Shown here: positions 29,121 through 38,627 of the stretch, in pieces | Layout of the letters: every line of letters begins with the position of its first letter | How positions within the stretch are numbered: position 1 is the stretch's first letter | NCBI GenBank assembly: GCA_041645165.1 | Contig: JBAZQN010000003.1 | Coordinates: 28,198-92,197, forward strand | Source of the DNA: Patescibacteria group bacterium | GTDB lineage: Bacteria > Patescibacteriota > Patescibacteriia > 2-02-FULL-49-11 | Direction of reading: 5' to 3' | DNA: 64,000 nt | Notes under the pieces: model-generated | The model's database searches: none | What the model saw: the letters and a program-made list of their open reading frames with translations, nothing else | Told to the model about the DNA's origin: nothing | Translations under genes and position numbers: made by a program

Positions 29121-29656
29121 AGGACTATATAAAACTGACCAAGAATATAGAAATTGACTAGGTAGAATAGCACTATGGCTAATCCCTCCATAACTACTCT
29201 TATATTCTCCCACTTTCTGTCTTGATTGACAATATGTTTGGTTATACACCAAGAGCCGCAGGAAACGACTTTTACGATTCCTCCGCTGCAATTTACTCTC
29301 TTTCAGGATGGATCATTGATATTTTTAACTTAAGGCCATGACGCGGCAGAGGAAGGCATCGCAGATAATCTCGAAAAAGAGACTCCCCACCAGGAAATGC
29401 GAGGAAGGTAAGGCTTACCATGCCGTCATAGCCTGGCTCCGGTGAAAATGAAATGGCGGGAGGCTGATCGGGAGGAAGCGTCTGCGCCGTACTGGGAATA
29501 AAAAACACCCTCCGAAAAGAGTGTTCTTGTTTGATTACCAACCTGCTGTGAGGTTTTTGAGACGGAAACGGGCCTGCCGCGCCGGAGTCCAGAATCTCTG
29601 GACGCAGGTGGGTCTCTTCCTCCAGAGGCGGACAAGCGAACCGCGCAATAATTTGA

Positions 29657-29710
29657 CTCCGAGGGCGAGATTCGAATCCCAAACCAATCCGCCGCAATTT
29701 CTCTGGCTCC
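29657..29710. repeat. left copy of 54-bp direct repeat (putative attL of genomic island)
   Basis: ctccgagggcgagattcgaatcccaaaccaatccgccgcaatttctctggctcc; identical (1 mismatch) to 48205-48258 which overlaps the tRNA-Asn 3' end. Confidence 0.6.
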
Positions 29711-30034
29711 CTAGCTCGGTCTGGTACTGAAAGTATAGCGGTTTCGCAAGGATTTCCGCGCCTCTTTCTTGATGCCCCGGAACGGAGCTGGGTCAGGCTC
29801 TTAAATGGAGGGATGAGACAAATGAGACAGTTCTTAAGGGCGGTCTTTCGTGTCTCATTTGACGCGACTGTCTCATTCGTGGTCTTCTTATTTCTCACTT
29901 ATAACTTGACCTTCTTCATCTTTGCGATGAACCAACGGATATCGTCGTACGTGACAGAGTCGGGGCACTTTTCTTTGATTGAGCCGAGACGGGCAGGATC
30001 TTCGCATTCGCTCATGGCTTTGAGGGTCGCGCGT

Positions 30035-31303
30035 TCATGGTCGCGGGAAAGAAAGGAGTTGATTACCTAAACAATGATCGCACCCTTGGCAATGGTCCTT
30101 CTGAAGAGAAGAGCCGCCACCGAAATAATCAAGGATGATCTTACGGCGACAGGCGCGGGCGGTGGAATATTCCTGAATTTTCTTAAGTTTCTCATATTTA
30201 ATCACGCGCACGACGGTTGCCTCTTGCAAGGGCTTCCCCCGCTCCAATGATTCCTCATAATTCTTCCCAATGAAGAATTCGTGGAGCGCGCTGTCTTTCC
30301 TGCTATGCAGAAGCACACAGTACGCAATCTCGCCGTCCCTTCCTGCGCGTCCCGCTTCCTGGTAGTAATTCTCCAGAGAGGCAGGCATATGCGCGTGGAT
30401 GACAAAACGGACATCGGGCTTGTCCACCCCCATGCCAAAGGCAATGGTCGCAGTGATTACGGGCACTTCGTCCCGCATGAATTTCTCTTGTACGCGTGTC
30501 CTCTCCTCTGAATCCATGCCTGCATGATACGGAAGCGCCTTAATCCCGTGTTCTTGAAGATACCATGCGAGTTCCTCAGTCTTGTCTCGCGTGCCGCAGT
30601 ACACGATGCCGGAACCTTTCATAGAACGCGCGAGCCGCACTACTTCTTCATCCCGCTCAAAATCGGAGAGATACGCACGGGTGAAGAACCGGAGGTTGGG
30701 GCGGTCAAACCCCCGCACGAACGTTTGGGGATCCTTGAGCCCCAACCGCTTGATGATGTCCGCTTTCACCTCGGGCGTGGCGGTCGCGGTAAAGGCGGCG
30801 AGGATGGGACGCTGTGGGAGGCAGGAAATGTGTTTCTGAATTTCGAGATAATCCGGCCGGAAATCGTGCCCCCACGCGGACACGCAATGCGCCTCATCTA
30901 TGGCGACGAGGGAAACGAAAACTTTCTTCAACATCTCAATAAAGCCGGTGGTCAGACGCTCCGGGGCAACGTAGAGGAGCTTAGTCTTTCCCGCTAACAC
31001 CTCTTGTGTGCGCCGTTCAATTTCGTCATCCGGCAGGGATGAGTTAATAAAACTTGCCGCGATCCCCCTGACGTTCAGCGCATCCACCTGATCCTTCATG
31101 AGCGCAATCAAGGGCGAGATCACCACGGTCGTGCCGGGAAGCGCGAGCGCGGGCAGTTGGAAACACAAGGACTTCCCCCCTCCGGTGGGCATGAGCGCGA
31201 GCGTATCGCGTCCCGCAAGAATACTTGCGACAATCTCCTCCTGCCCGGGACGGAAAGAGACAAAGCCGTAATGGAATTTCAAGAGTTCATCAAGGTCAGG
31301 CAT
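30035..31303 (-). CDS. recQ: RecQ-family ATP-dependent DNA helicase (short form, no HRDC)
   Basis: FRPGQEEIVASILAGRDTLALMPTGGGKSLCFQLPA…DEAHCVSAWGHDFRPDY…C-terminal CQGCDHC zinc motif. Confidence 0.85.
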   Translation of the reverse strand: MPDLDELLKFHYGFVSFRPGQEEIVASILAGRDTLALMPTGGGKSLCFQLPALALPGTTVVISPLIALMKDQVDALNVRGIAASFINSSLPDDEIERRTQEVLAGKTKLLYVAPERLTTGFIEMLKKVFVSLVAIDEAHCVSAWGHDFRPDYLEIQKHISCLPQRPILAAFTATATPEVKADIIKRLGLKDPQTFVRGFDRPNLRFFTRAYLSDFERDEEVVRLARSMKGSGIVYCGTRDKTEELAWYLQEHGIKALPYHAGMDSEERTRVQEKFMRDEVPVITATIAFGMGVDKPDVRFVIHAHMPASLENYYQEAGRAGRDGEIAYCVLLHSRKDSALHEFFIGKNYEESLERGKPLQEATVVRVIKYEKLKKIQEYSTARACRRKIILDYFGGGSSLQKDHCQGCDHCLGNQLLSFPRP

Positions 31304-31385
31304 GGACTCTATTAAACCACCCTCCTTTCATGCATATATGAACGAATGGACACATCTTATTCCGCTGTGGCGCATTTGGCGAATT

Positions 31386-31958
31386 TCAACGCTTCAGCTT
31401 AATCTCATACGCGATCCGCTCCAATTTCACGAGATTGCGCTCCAGGTCGTCATACTTTTCCCGGAGCTTGCCGGAGAAGGATACATGAGAGAGCTCGTCC
31501 ATAATTGATTGCGTTATACGGACATACGACTCAATCTCTTTAAGGTGCGTGGTGTCGGCAATGCTCATGGCCTTGCGCACCAGTTCTCCGGTAAAATCAC
31601 AAACCCCGCCCAGAGCTTCGTCGGTATCGAGAGGAATGAACGATGGGATAGTGAGTCTCCCGCCAGTAAGAAAACTCAAATACGCTTTTGCCTCCACGTA
31701 TTCCTCCAGCGCCTCGCGGAAGAAGCCTTCGGTGGCGAGCAGTGGCTGGCGCGTGAGCAGAGCTTGAACCGATCTCAGAGTGCGTTCGGCATCGGCCAGC
31801 AACCGCTTCCCGTCCTGAAACTTATCCTGCCGCATCAGGGTGATTGCCTGCTTGGCTAGAGAGCGCGTCTGATCGGAAGGCGCCTTCAGCCGATGCCGCA
31901 AGTCTTGATATTGCCGGTAGTCTTTGACTAACCGTCGAAGAGTTTTGGTATCAAACAT
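31386..31958 (-). CDS. translin-family-like helical protein
   Basis: EEYVEAKAYLSFLTGGRL…EALGGVCDFTGELVRKAMS…LREKYDDLERNLVKLE recalls translin DLTGEL block; assignment from memory only. Confidence 0.4.
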   Translation of the reverse strand: MFDTKTLRRLVKDYRQYQDLRHRLKAPSDQTRSLAKQAITLMRQDKFQDGKRLLADAERTLRSVQALLTRQPLLATEGFFREALEEYVEAKAYLSFLTGGRLTIPSFIPLDTDEALGGVCDFTGELVRKAMSIADTTHLKEIESYVRITQSIMDELSHVSFSGKLREKYDDLERNLVKLERIAYEIKLKR

Positions 31959-32067
31959 AATGCGAATGTTAAAATTCGTACCCTTGACGCATCTTGGCGG
32001 GATATGCTATCTTAATACTGCGATAGCACTCTGGAGTATTCCGCAAGGAATAGCTCCAGATTCTTTT

Positions 32068-32577
32068 TTATTGGCTGATCTCGGCTTTTAACTTCCTTAG
32101 ATCAACGAATTTCGCGAGGTTAAGGAGTTCTTTACCGACCCTTCCGCGCGTAGACATCACAATGACCCGCTTTCCCCTTTGTTTAAGCCGCTCCAGAGCG
32201 GGCGCAAAATCGCTGTCGCCGGAAACGAGAACGGCGGTATCGTATTTCTCCGCGAGCTCCACCATTTCAAAGGCGAGTTCAATGTCGAGACTGCCCTTAT
32301 GTTTATTGCCTTCGTTAGTTTTAATCTCTTTGAGCGCTTTGGTACGCAGAATATAACCGTTGATATCGAGCATGTCAAGGAATTTGCGTTCGGCGAGATT
32401 GTTTTCATCGACGGCGGCGTAAGCGAAACACTTCATGCCCTCGCCGCATTCGCGCTTAAGGTACCGCATCAACTTGGCATAAGCAACCTTCCAGCCAAGC
32501 GTGCGCTGCGAATAGAAGACATTAGAAACGTCGATGAAAACGTAGACTTTGCCGTGGACGAATGAGGAAATCATAAT
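32068..32577 (-). CDS. NYN-domain (LabA-like PIN) protein
   Basis: KVYVFIDVSNVFY…DIELAFEMVELAEKYDTAVLVSGDSDFAPALERLKQRGKRVIV: NYN acidic residues and layout. Confidence 0.7.
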   Translation of the reverse strand: MMISSFVHGKVYVFIDVSNVFYSQRTLGWKVAYAKLMRYLKRECGEGMKCFAYAAVDENNLAERKFLDMLDINGYILRTKALKEIKTNEGNKHKGSLDIELAFEMVELAEKYDTAVLVSGDSDFAPALERLKQRGKRVIVMSTRGRVGKELLNLAKFVDLRKLKAEISQ

Positions 32578-32774
32578 GGTAGCGTAGCAAAAAAGCGTGT
32601 TTTTCACAATATTACCCGTTCATACGGGTTAACAACGACGGCGACACGTTCCACTGCCGCCCGTCGCCAGTTCTGACCGTGACACTCCGGCGGTTTACCC
32701 CGCAGTGCGGGGTGAAGGAGTAATTGTCATGTGGTATACTACAAGTAGAATCAGTTTGTTTCTTTACTTAATTT

Positions 32775-33743
32775 ATGACCAAACTCATTCGGCTGAAAGT
32801 TTCCCGCATCAAATACACCGGCGATTCCATCGGCGATGACATCCGCATTGAAGTCGAGAGCCTGAACAAGTTCGTGGGGTTGAATATGCGGCTGAAGCGG
32901 GGAAGCGATAGAGCGCTGAATGTCGAAATAGGGCAATTCTTTGGCGACGGTGTGTCGTTCGCCCTGCCAGTAACAATCAGAATCATCGAACGAGATCTAG
33001 TATTCAACGACGTAGGAAGCGTGCAAAAAACGATCAAGGTCAATTTGAGCGACCCTTCGTCTCAACGTAACATCTATACGATAGAAGTGCGGGAACGGCG
33101 CGGTTATCTGACCCGGAAAAAGGCGGTCTTTGAAGTAACTTTGGAAGCAGGCGTGTCGGATACGATTTTGTACGTAGCAGACGAGAGCGGAGACGGCTGG
33201 GTGGTCACCGTGCCAGAACACGGTACCGAGAACATAAGCCTTCCATACCACTTAAAAATCTCGTTAGAAAAATACGATACTAAGCGCCAGTACTTTAAAA
33301 TCATGGAAGGGATCATACAGGGCACGAAGGCTTCAGTACAAATCGAATCAAACGGCACATCACACCTCCGTACTGAAAATCCGCATACCGGATCGGCGCA
33401 TCTCACATATTCGCTTTCTCGAGGAACGTTAAAGATGAACCGTAACGTCTACAAAGTCCTTAACTTCCCCCAAGACCCTGAACCATGGAAAAATGGTCTT
33501 TATGATATCGAAATACCTGACGCGCCGCATGAGCCCGGAGAAGCATATTTAGACCGTGCCAGATTGGCAAAAGTCTGGTTCCGCGTTGGTCACGGCGGAG
33601 AGAGGTACCTCCATACCGGCAGCGTGACACTTGGGTGCATCACGTTGACGGAAGTAGAACGCTGGGATTATATGTGTAAAGTACTCATGAAAGCGCGCAA
33701 AGGCGATGGGGAGAGCATCGGCGTGTTAGAGATAACCGACTGA
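32775..33743 (+). CDS. hypothetical protein with C-terminal YkuD/L,D-transpeptidase-like H…GC motif
   Basis: 322 aa, beta-rich; C-terminus VGHGGERYLHTGSVTLGCITL resembles LDT catalytic His…(S/T)xGC(I/V) signature. Confidence 0.5.
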   Translation: MTKLIRLKVSRIKYTGDSIGDDIRIEVESLNKFVGLNMRLKRGSDRALNVEIGQFFGDGVSFALPVTIRIIERDLVFNDVGSVQKTIKVNLSDPSSQRNIYTIEVRERRGYLTRKKAVFEVTLEAGVSDTILYVADESGDGWVVTVPEHGTENISLPYHLKISLEKYDTKRQYFKIMEGIIQGTKASVQIESNGTSHLRTENPHTGSAHLTYSLSRGTLKMNRNVYKVLNFPQDPEPWKNGLYDIEIPDAPHEPGEAYLDRARLAKVWFRVGHGGERYLHTGSVTLGCITLTEVERWDYMCKVLMKARKGDGESIGVLEITD

Positions 33744-33749
33744 GACTCT

Positions 33750-34727
33750 ATGCACCGAAAATATGCTCTCATCGCGTGTATAAGTCTCATACTCGTGACT
33801 GGCTTGGCCGCGCTGGTTCTCTACCGCTTCCGGGTTTCAGCCCCCTTGCGGAGCGTGCGTGAATTTGGCCCATTAACATTAGGAAGCAGTATGCCGTTAG
33901 CAGGACCGGGAGATTGGACGTTCGCACCGTACAAAAAGATACCTGAGTCAGATTTTTACGTACTCGTCGTCCAATATGATAATTGGTGCATCCAAGCTTC
34001 ATGCAGTCTTGATGGCGCTTTGGTACAAACTATGGGCGGATGGCTGCAAGGAGAAACAACGCGTAATTTCCCAGACTTACCGGAGATCATTGGTTTTGAC
34101 CGGGAAGAAAATAGGAAAGTGAAATCCATCGTCGTCATCGGCGACTCGAAGGGGAGGATTGCCGGCATCTATCCGAACAAGGGCATGGAAGACCTTATCC
34201 CCGTCTTGAAACTCCATCCTGATATTGCCGACTTCAGCCTCTTAAACGGCGTGGACGCATTCGGTCCGCTCAAAGTCGGAGAACCTTCACCGGTACAGCC
34301 CGGCAATCCGACCGGCTACCAGGCGGGAGCGCCAACGTCGTTTCCTTACATCCAAATACCAGCAGGAAAAAAATTTTATGTATTCTCATTTCAACAAGAA
34401 CTAACGGGAACAGGCTATTGCGCGTTCTGGAATTGCATCACGAGCAACTATGGCTACCGTAACTATACCGCGAACTATGTTGAAGATTTGGGCGGGTGGT
34501 GGTCAAGCGACGGATTACCTGAAACGGCACGGAAATTCGGCCTTGACCCTAACCGCGTGGCAAAAGGAGAAGCCTCGCTCGTGGTCGTGACCGACCCCTC
34601 CGGCGCCATCGTCGCCATTCATCCCAACAAAACCATACGGGACATCCTCTCCATCCTGCGGCAACTTCCCGAACTCGCTGACGTGGAACGGTTATTCGGG
34701 GACCGCGCCGACGACGCTCCCATTTGA
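33750..34727 (+). CDS. membrane-anchored protein with two tandem thioredoxin/redoxin-like domains
   Basis: N-terminal TM helix; internal duplication; each half has hydrophobic strand + WC..C-like motif (YVLVVQYDNWCIQASC / YVFSFQQ…YCAFWNC) and peroxiredoxin-like C-terminal strand (KSIVVIGDSKGRIAGIYPN / ASLVVVTDPSGAIVAIHPN). Confidence 0.45.
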   Translation: MHRKYALIACISLILVTGLAALVLYRFRVSAPLRSVREFGPLTLGSSMPLAGPGDWTFAPYKKIPESDFYVLVVQYDNWCIQASCSLDGALVQTMGGWLQGETTRNFPDLPEIIGFDREENRKVKSIVVIGDSKGRIAGIYPNKGMEDLIPVLKLHPDIADFSLLNGVDAFGPLKVGEPSPVQPGNPTGYQAGAPTSFPYIQIPAGKKFYVFSFQQELTGTGYCAFWNCITSNYGYRNYTANYVEDLGGWWSSDGLPETARKFGLDPNRVAKGEASLVVVTDPSGAIVAIHPNKTIRDILSILRQLPELADVERLFGDRADDAPI

Positions 34728-34732
34728 AAATG

Positions 34733-35032
34733 CTATGCCTTGATCCTCGTTAAAAACGACGGCGAGACGTTCCATTGGCGCCCATCGCCAGTCTTGATTG
34801 TTACGCTCCGGCGGTTGAGTTTCATGACGATGCCGACGATCTGCTTCCCCTCATGTGTAAAGTACACTCTGTCCATGAGATTGAATTTCGCAAGACCCTT
34901 CAAGTCACGGGCTTTGTGATAGAGCTTTAATCGTTCAACGACCATTCGGTTAAGCAGCCTCAAATCTTCTTCACTCAAACGATTGAGGAAATGCTCGAAT
35001 TCGGTGACAGGTTGGAGATGTTGATCCGGCAT
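34733..35032 (-). CDS. hypothetical small protein
   Basis: 99-aa ORF 3 bp downstream of pRiA4b-like gene; C-terminal beta-rich segment (VYFTHEGKQIVGIVMKLNRRSVTIKTGDGRQWNV). Confidence 0.4.
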   Translation of the reverse strand: MPDQHLQPVTEFEHFLNRLSEEDLRLLNRMVVERLKLYHKARDLKGLAKFNLMDRVYFTHEGKQIVGIVMKLNRRSVTIKTGDGRQWNVSPSFLTRIKA

Positions 35033-35035
35033 ACA

Positions 35036-35638
35036 TTAATCAAGCGCAGGATATTGTTCGGGCGCGACGCCGCGCTGGTCTATCACGCGCGGAAAATCGC
35101 GTGCTGTTTCTTGTTTATCAACGTGACGCGTTCCTTTCAACTTAACATCAAACCTGTGGCCGTCGCCAAAGTCAAACATGAATTCCAGCCTTGGGTGCCG
35201 GGAGTAATCGAGGTCGCAGATGCGGATTTCGTCTGTCTTGAACGTCGGATGCGGATCGTCTTCCCAACCCGGCGCAAAAAACGCAATGGATGAACCGGTG
35301 AACAATGGATCTGGTCTTTTACGCGTGTCGAGAAATTCAAAACCGTGCATGTGATCGTTATCCCAGCACATCGACTCAATTATCGTCTCGGCAAGATCGC
35401 AAAAAGTCTGCGTACCCAAAATTGCGATATCCCGCCATACAGGCCTTTTCAGGAGATACGTTGCACGGAACGCATACACCGCATCTTTGGGATTCTTGTC
35501 CGTAAAATTTTTCTCAAACTCCAGCTTATACTCCTTGTACTTCTTCAGCACTTCCTGTAAATACTCAACATGCCGCTCTTCTGTTATGGCACGATTGATA
35601 CTCTCGTGAAAATTACCTTCTTGGATTTTTGGGTGCAT
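35036..35638 (-). CDS. plasmid pRiA4b ORF-3-like family protein
   Basis: MCWDNDHMHGFEF and FMFDFGDGHRFDV blocks match the W.D.HLH.F / DFGD motifs of PF07929 as I recall them. Confidence 0.5.
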   Translation of the reverse strand: MHPKIQEGNFHESINRAITEERHVEYLQEVLKKYKEYKLEFEKNFTDKNPKDAVYAFRATYLLKRPVWRDIAILGTQTFCDLAETIIESMCWDNDHMHGFEFLDTRKRPDPLFTGSSIAFFAPGWEDDPHPTFKTDEIRICDLDYSRHPRLEFMFDFGDGHRFDVKLKGTRHVDKQETARDFPRVIDQRGVAPEQYPALD

Positions 35639-35758
35639 ATATAAGGCAGCTAAGCCATAGCGATACGCATACGGTCCATGGCGGCATTCCCACAACGCCC
35701 CCCTCGCTTTCAACGCCGACGGAATTTGTGCCAGCAGAAAGCTCTCGCGCCGCTTTAT

Positions 35759-38443
35759 TTATTTTTTAATCCAAGTCCGAACAACTTCTTGAAAATTGCG
35801 AGGTTTCTGTTGTTGGGTTTCCCATTCTTCCTGTCTGACGTAAAGCATTTTGTAAACGACGTTCTTTTGATTCGCGTTTACATCCACGCACCATTGAGCA
35901 AGCCGTTTAATTTTCTCGACATCATCGAGATCCTCTCGCCCTTTGGTTTCAACGACATAGTATTCTTCAGGGCGTACTTTTACAATATAATCCGGGTAGT
36001 AATCTGAAATGCTTCCGTCCGCGTTTTTATAATCAATTTTGAAATGCACCGCAAAATAGTTTTTGGCGTAAGAAATTATATCCTCGCAATTTTCAAGAAA
36101 GCTCGCGAATTCCAACTCAAAATGGCTATCACCAATAATTTTATTAAAAATGCTTCGCTTTGGCACAATATACTCCTGATCTTTGACCACGAACGGGCGA
36201 CTTTTGCCGATTTTTATATAGTCCCGAATTTCCGTCTCGCCTTTATCCAAAACAGTGAGCGTGTTGATTTCTTTTTTGAATGTTTCAAAGATCGTCCGCG
36301 AAGCCTCAATTTCGGATAGATTGCGAAGCGAATTGAGGTTATCAAGATCAATACGCGTATTAAATAAATGTCCTTGGATAAACTCCTTAACCTTGCCGTA
36401 AAGTATGTCATAGCCGGAAACAAGCCGGAGTTCTTTCATAATAACCTGCGTAAAATATCCGATTACGCTTTGATAGTTAGGCACAAAATTGCTATCAAGC
36501 TCCGTTTTGTGGGTAATATCTCCGCTCGCTATATCACGAAAGACAATCTCTCGTTTTTCCTCCTCCGAAAACTCTTTGATAGGGATTTTTTTATGACCGA
36601 ATTTCGCGACATCAAGTCCGGACAAATTTTTATATTCGCGATAAATGCGGGGAGTAAGAACCGGAATTTGAATATCCATTTTCTCAATGTCCTTTTTCAT
36701 ATTCTCGCGATCAACTTCAACCACGAGCGGACTTTTTGGGCCGGTGCCTTCGCCCATCTTGCGGTGTTCAAATTCAACTCCCTCGTTTTTGATAGATTCC
36801 ACAAAATCCATAAATGCGTCAGTGCCTACAACACTGACAAGCTCCGGCAAGTCCGGATCGCGATACATTCGGCGCAAACCTCGTCCAAGCGTCTGCTCGG
36901 GCAGAATGTTGCTTTGCGCAACATAAGCCCGTAGGCCGACAATAGTCGTTACATTACGAACATCCCAGCCCTCTTTGAGCATAAGCACCGAAACAATCGC
37001 TTTGTACGGACTGTCGAGCTGATCAATCTCATTAGCCGCCTTACGCAGTATTTTTAGTTCTTCCTCTTTTTTGCCAGTTACACTTTCCGAAATTTCTCCG
37101 TTGTTTTTCGTGTGAATCACTAACACCGCGTCTTTTAGCTCCGCATAGGTGTTTTCAAGATATTCCGCCACCTCATCGCAATTTTTTGTATCATCTGTCA
37201 TCAAAAATAAGACTGCTTTTTTGCCGAGCTTAGTGTGCACGTCGTACACTTTTTTCCATTCAAGAAAACCGAGATGGATATAATCTTTATATTTCTCGGT
37301 ATACTTCGCGCTTTTGTGTTCCTGTAATTTTGCGCGGCTGGCTGAATCCGGCAAAACAGGGTGCTTAACGACATTTTGATGGATTGCTTCAACAAGCGGG
37401 TAGTCGCTTATCGTTTGCACAAAAATTGCGCCGCTGTTGTGCTTCGGCGTAGCCGTTACATCAACCTGCAAAGCAAGCTGACCACCTTTCATCTTGAGCC
37501 GATTGTGAATATCCTCAATTGCCTTGAACCACGCCAAGCGCGGATCGTGGATATGGTGGGCTTCATCGTTTAGCACAATAAGTTCGTCCACATTGCGAAC
37601 AATATCCCCAAGATCAAGTTTTGATTCGTTCGTCGCGCCAACCGGCTGCTTTCCAAGAAAATAATCGGTTGTATCGGGATCACCGAAGCTCGCCGACTCT
37701 ATCGCGCCCTCGTAGACACGGTGAATGTTCGTAAGAAAGATATTGCCGGTTTTTCGCACAGTGCCAATTTCATCCTGAATATGAAGCGTCATTTGAAAAT
37801 CATCGCGCCAGTTCCGTCCTTGATAGCCGTTGTCGGGAAGCACGGGATCCCCAAAAAATATTTTGAGTCCGTCAAAATCGGCGCGAATACGATCAAGAAC
37901 GATAATATTGGGCGTAATGACCAGAAAATTGCGGGCCAACCGCGAATCGTCCTCATAAAGTTTGTGATAGTAGCACCATGCCAAAATCAAACTCAATACT
38001 TTTGTTTTTCCACTACCAGTTGCCATCTTTACTACATATCGCGTCCATGTCTCGCTAAACATACTTGTTGAAATCGCCCGCGAGCTATCAAATTGCATAA
38101 GTGCGTATGGATCTCTCGCCTTGGCGATTTCATACAGCCAAATAATCGTTTCCACCGCCTCTCGTTGGGCAAAGTAGTATTGAAAAAGAAATATCTCGCC
38201 GTCTGATGTTTCTGTCGGATGATCAGTTAAAAACCACCACTTGAGCAATGTTTTGCTTGTTTCGCTAGCGCCGTCATAACCGGACAATCGCCAATCCCGA
38301 ACTTTTTTGCGAAGTTCGGCAACGAGTGGAGGGAGTAGTTTTTCATATCCCTTTTCACGCAAATTCTCATCAGCCGGAAACCACCGGATCGCCGGATCAA
38401 GAATTTCATATGGTGATTGTGGAAACTTTTGATGAAGTGCCAT
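35759..38443 (-). CDS. res: Type III restriction endonuclease Res subunit (SF2 helicase + PD-(D/E)xK nuclease)
   Basis: MATGSGKTKV Walker A, LNDEAHHI DEAH box, C-terminal DYYPDYIV…VVETKGRE nuclease motif; 894 aa. Confidence 0.85.
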   Translation of the reverse strand: MALHQKFPQSPYEILDPAIRWFPADENLREKGYEKLLPPLVAELRKKVRDWRLSGYDGASETSKTLLKWWFLTDHPTETSDGEIFLFQYYFAQREAVETIIWLYEIAKARDPYALMQFDSSRAISTSMFSETWTRYVVKMATGSGKTKVLSLILAWCYYHKLYEDDSRLARNFLVITPNIIVLDRIRADFDGLKIFFGDPVLPDNGYQGRNWRDDFQMTLHIQDEIGTVRKTGNIFLTNIHRVYEGAIESASFGDPDTTDYFLGKQPVGATNESKLDLGDIVRNVDELIVLNDEAHHIHDPRLAWFKAIEDIHNRLKMKGGQLALQVDVTATPKHNSGAIFVQTISDYPLVEAIHQNVVKHPVLPDSASRAKLQEHKSAKYTEKYKDYIHLGFLEWKKVYDVHTKLGKKAVLFLMTDDTKNCDEVAEYLENTYAELKDAVLVIHTKNNGEISESVTGKKEEELKILRKAANEIDQLDSPYKAIVSVLMLKEGWDVRNVTTIVGLRAYVAQSNILPEQTLGRGLRRMYRDPDLPELVSVVGTDAFMDFVESIKNEGVEFEHRKMGEGTGPKSPLVVEVDRENMKKDIEKMDIQIPVLTPRIYREYKNLSGLDVAKFGHKKIPIKEFSEEEKREIVFRDIASGDITHKTELDSNFVPNYQSVIGYFTQVIMKELRLVSGYDILYGKVKEFIQGHLFNTRIDLDNLNSLRNLSEIEASRTIFETFKKEINTLTVLDKGETEIRDYIKIGKSRPFVVKDQEYIVPKRSIFNKIIGDSHFELEFASFLENCEDIISYAKNYFAVHFKIDYKNADGSISDYYPDYIVKVRPEEYYVVETKGREDLDDVEKIKRLAQWCVDVNANQKNVVYKMLYVRQEEWETQQQKPRNFQEVVRTWIKK

Positions 38444-38627
38444 AAAACTATTTAAAGTTTCAACTAATTCCAGCCCTTATTTTAAGCCAAATTTTAATCA
38501 TTTTTTAACTAATTCGTCTCTCTTTTAACTAACTTCCAAACCGCAATTCCGATCTTTTCTTCTAATCCCTTAGCTAGGATAATGACCCGCCCAGAAACGG
38601 CCTTAAAATAGAGCCTAAATCGGCCTA

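Noticed and set aside
29293-29898. 201-aa ORF spanning the left direct repeat
   Set aside because: Low-complexity, Pro/Arg-rich, no start context, and crosses the att-like repeat; treated as non-coding.
29911-30030. 39-aa ORF MSECEDPARLGSIKEKCPDSVTYDDIRWFIAKMKKVKL just downstream of recQ
   Set aside because: Plausible but too short and motif-free to assert.
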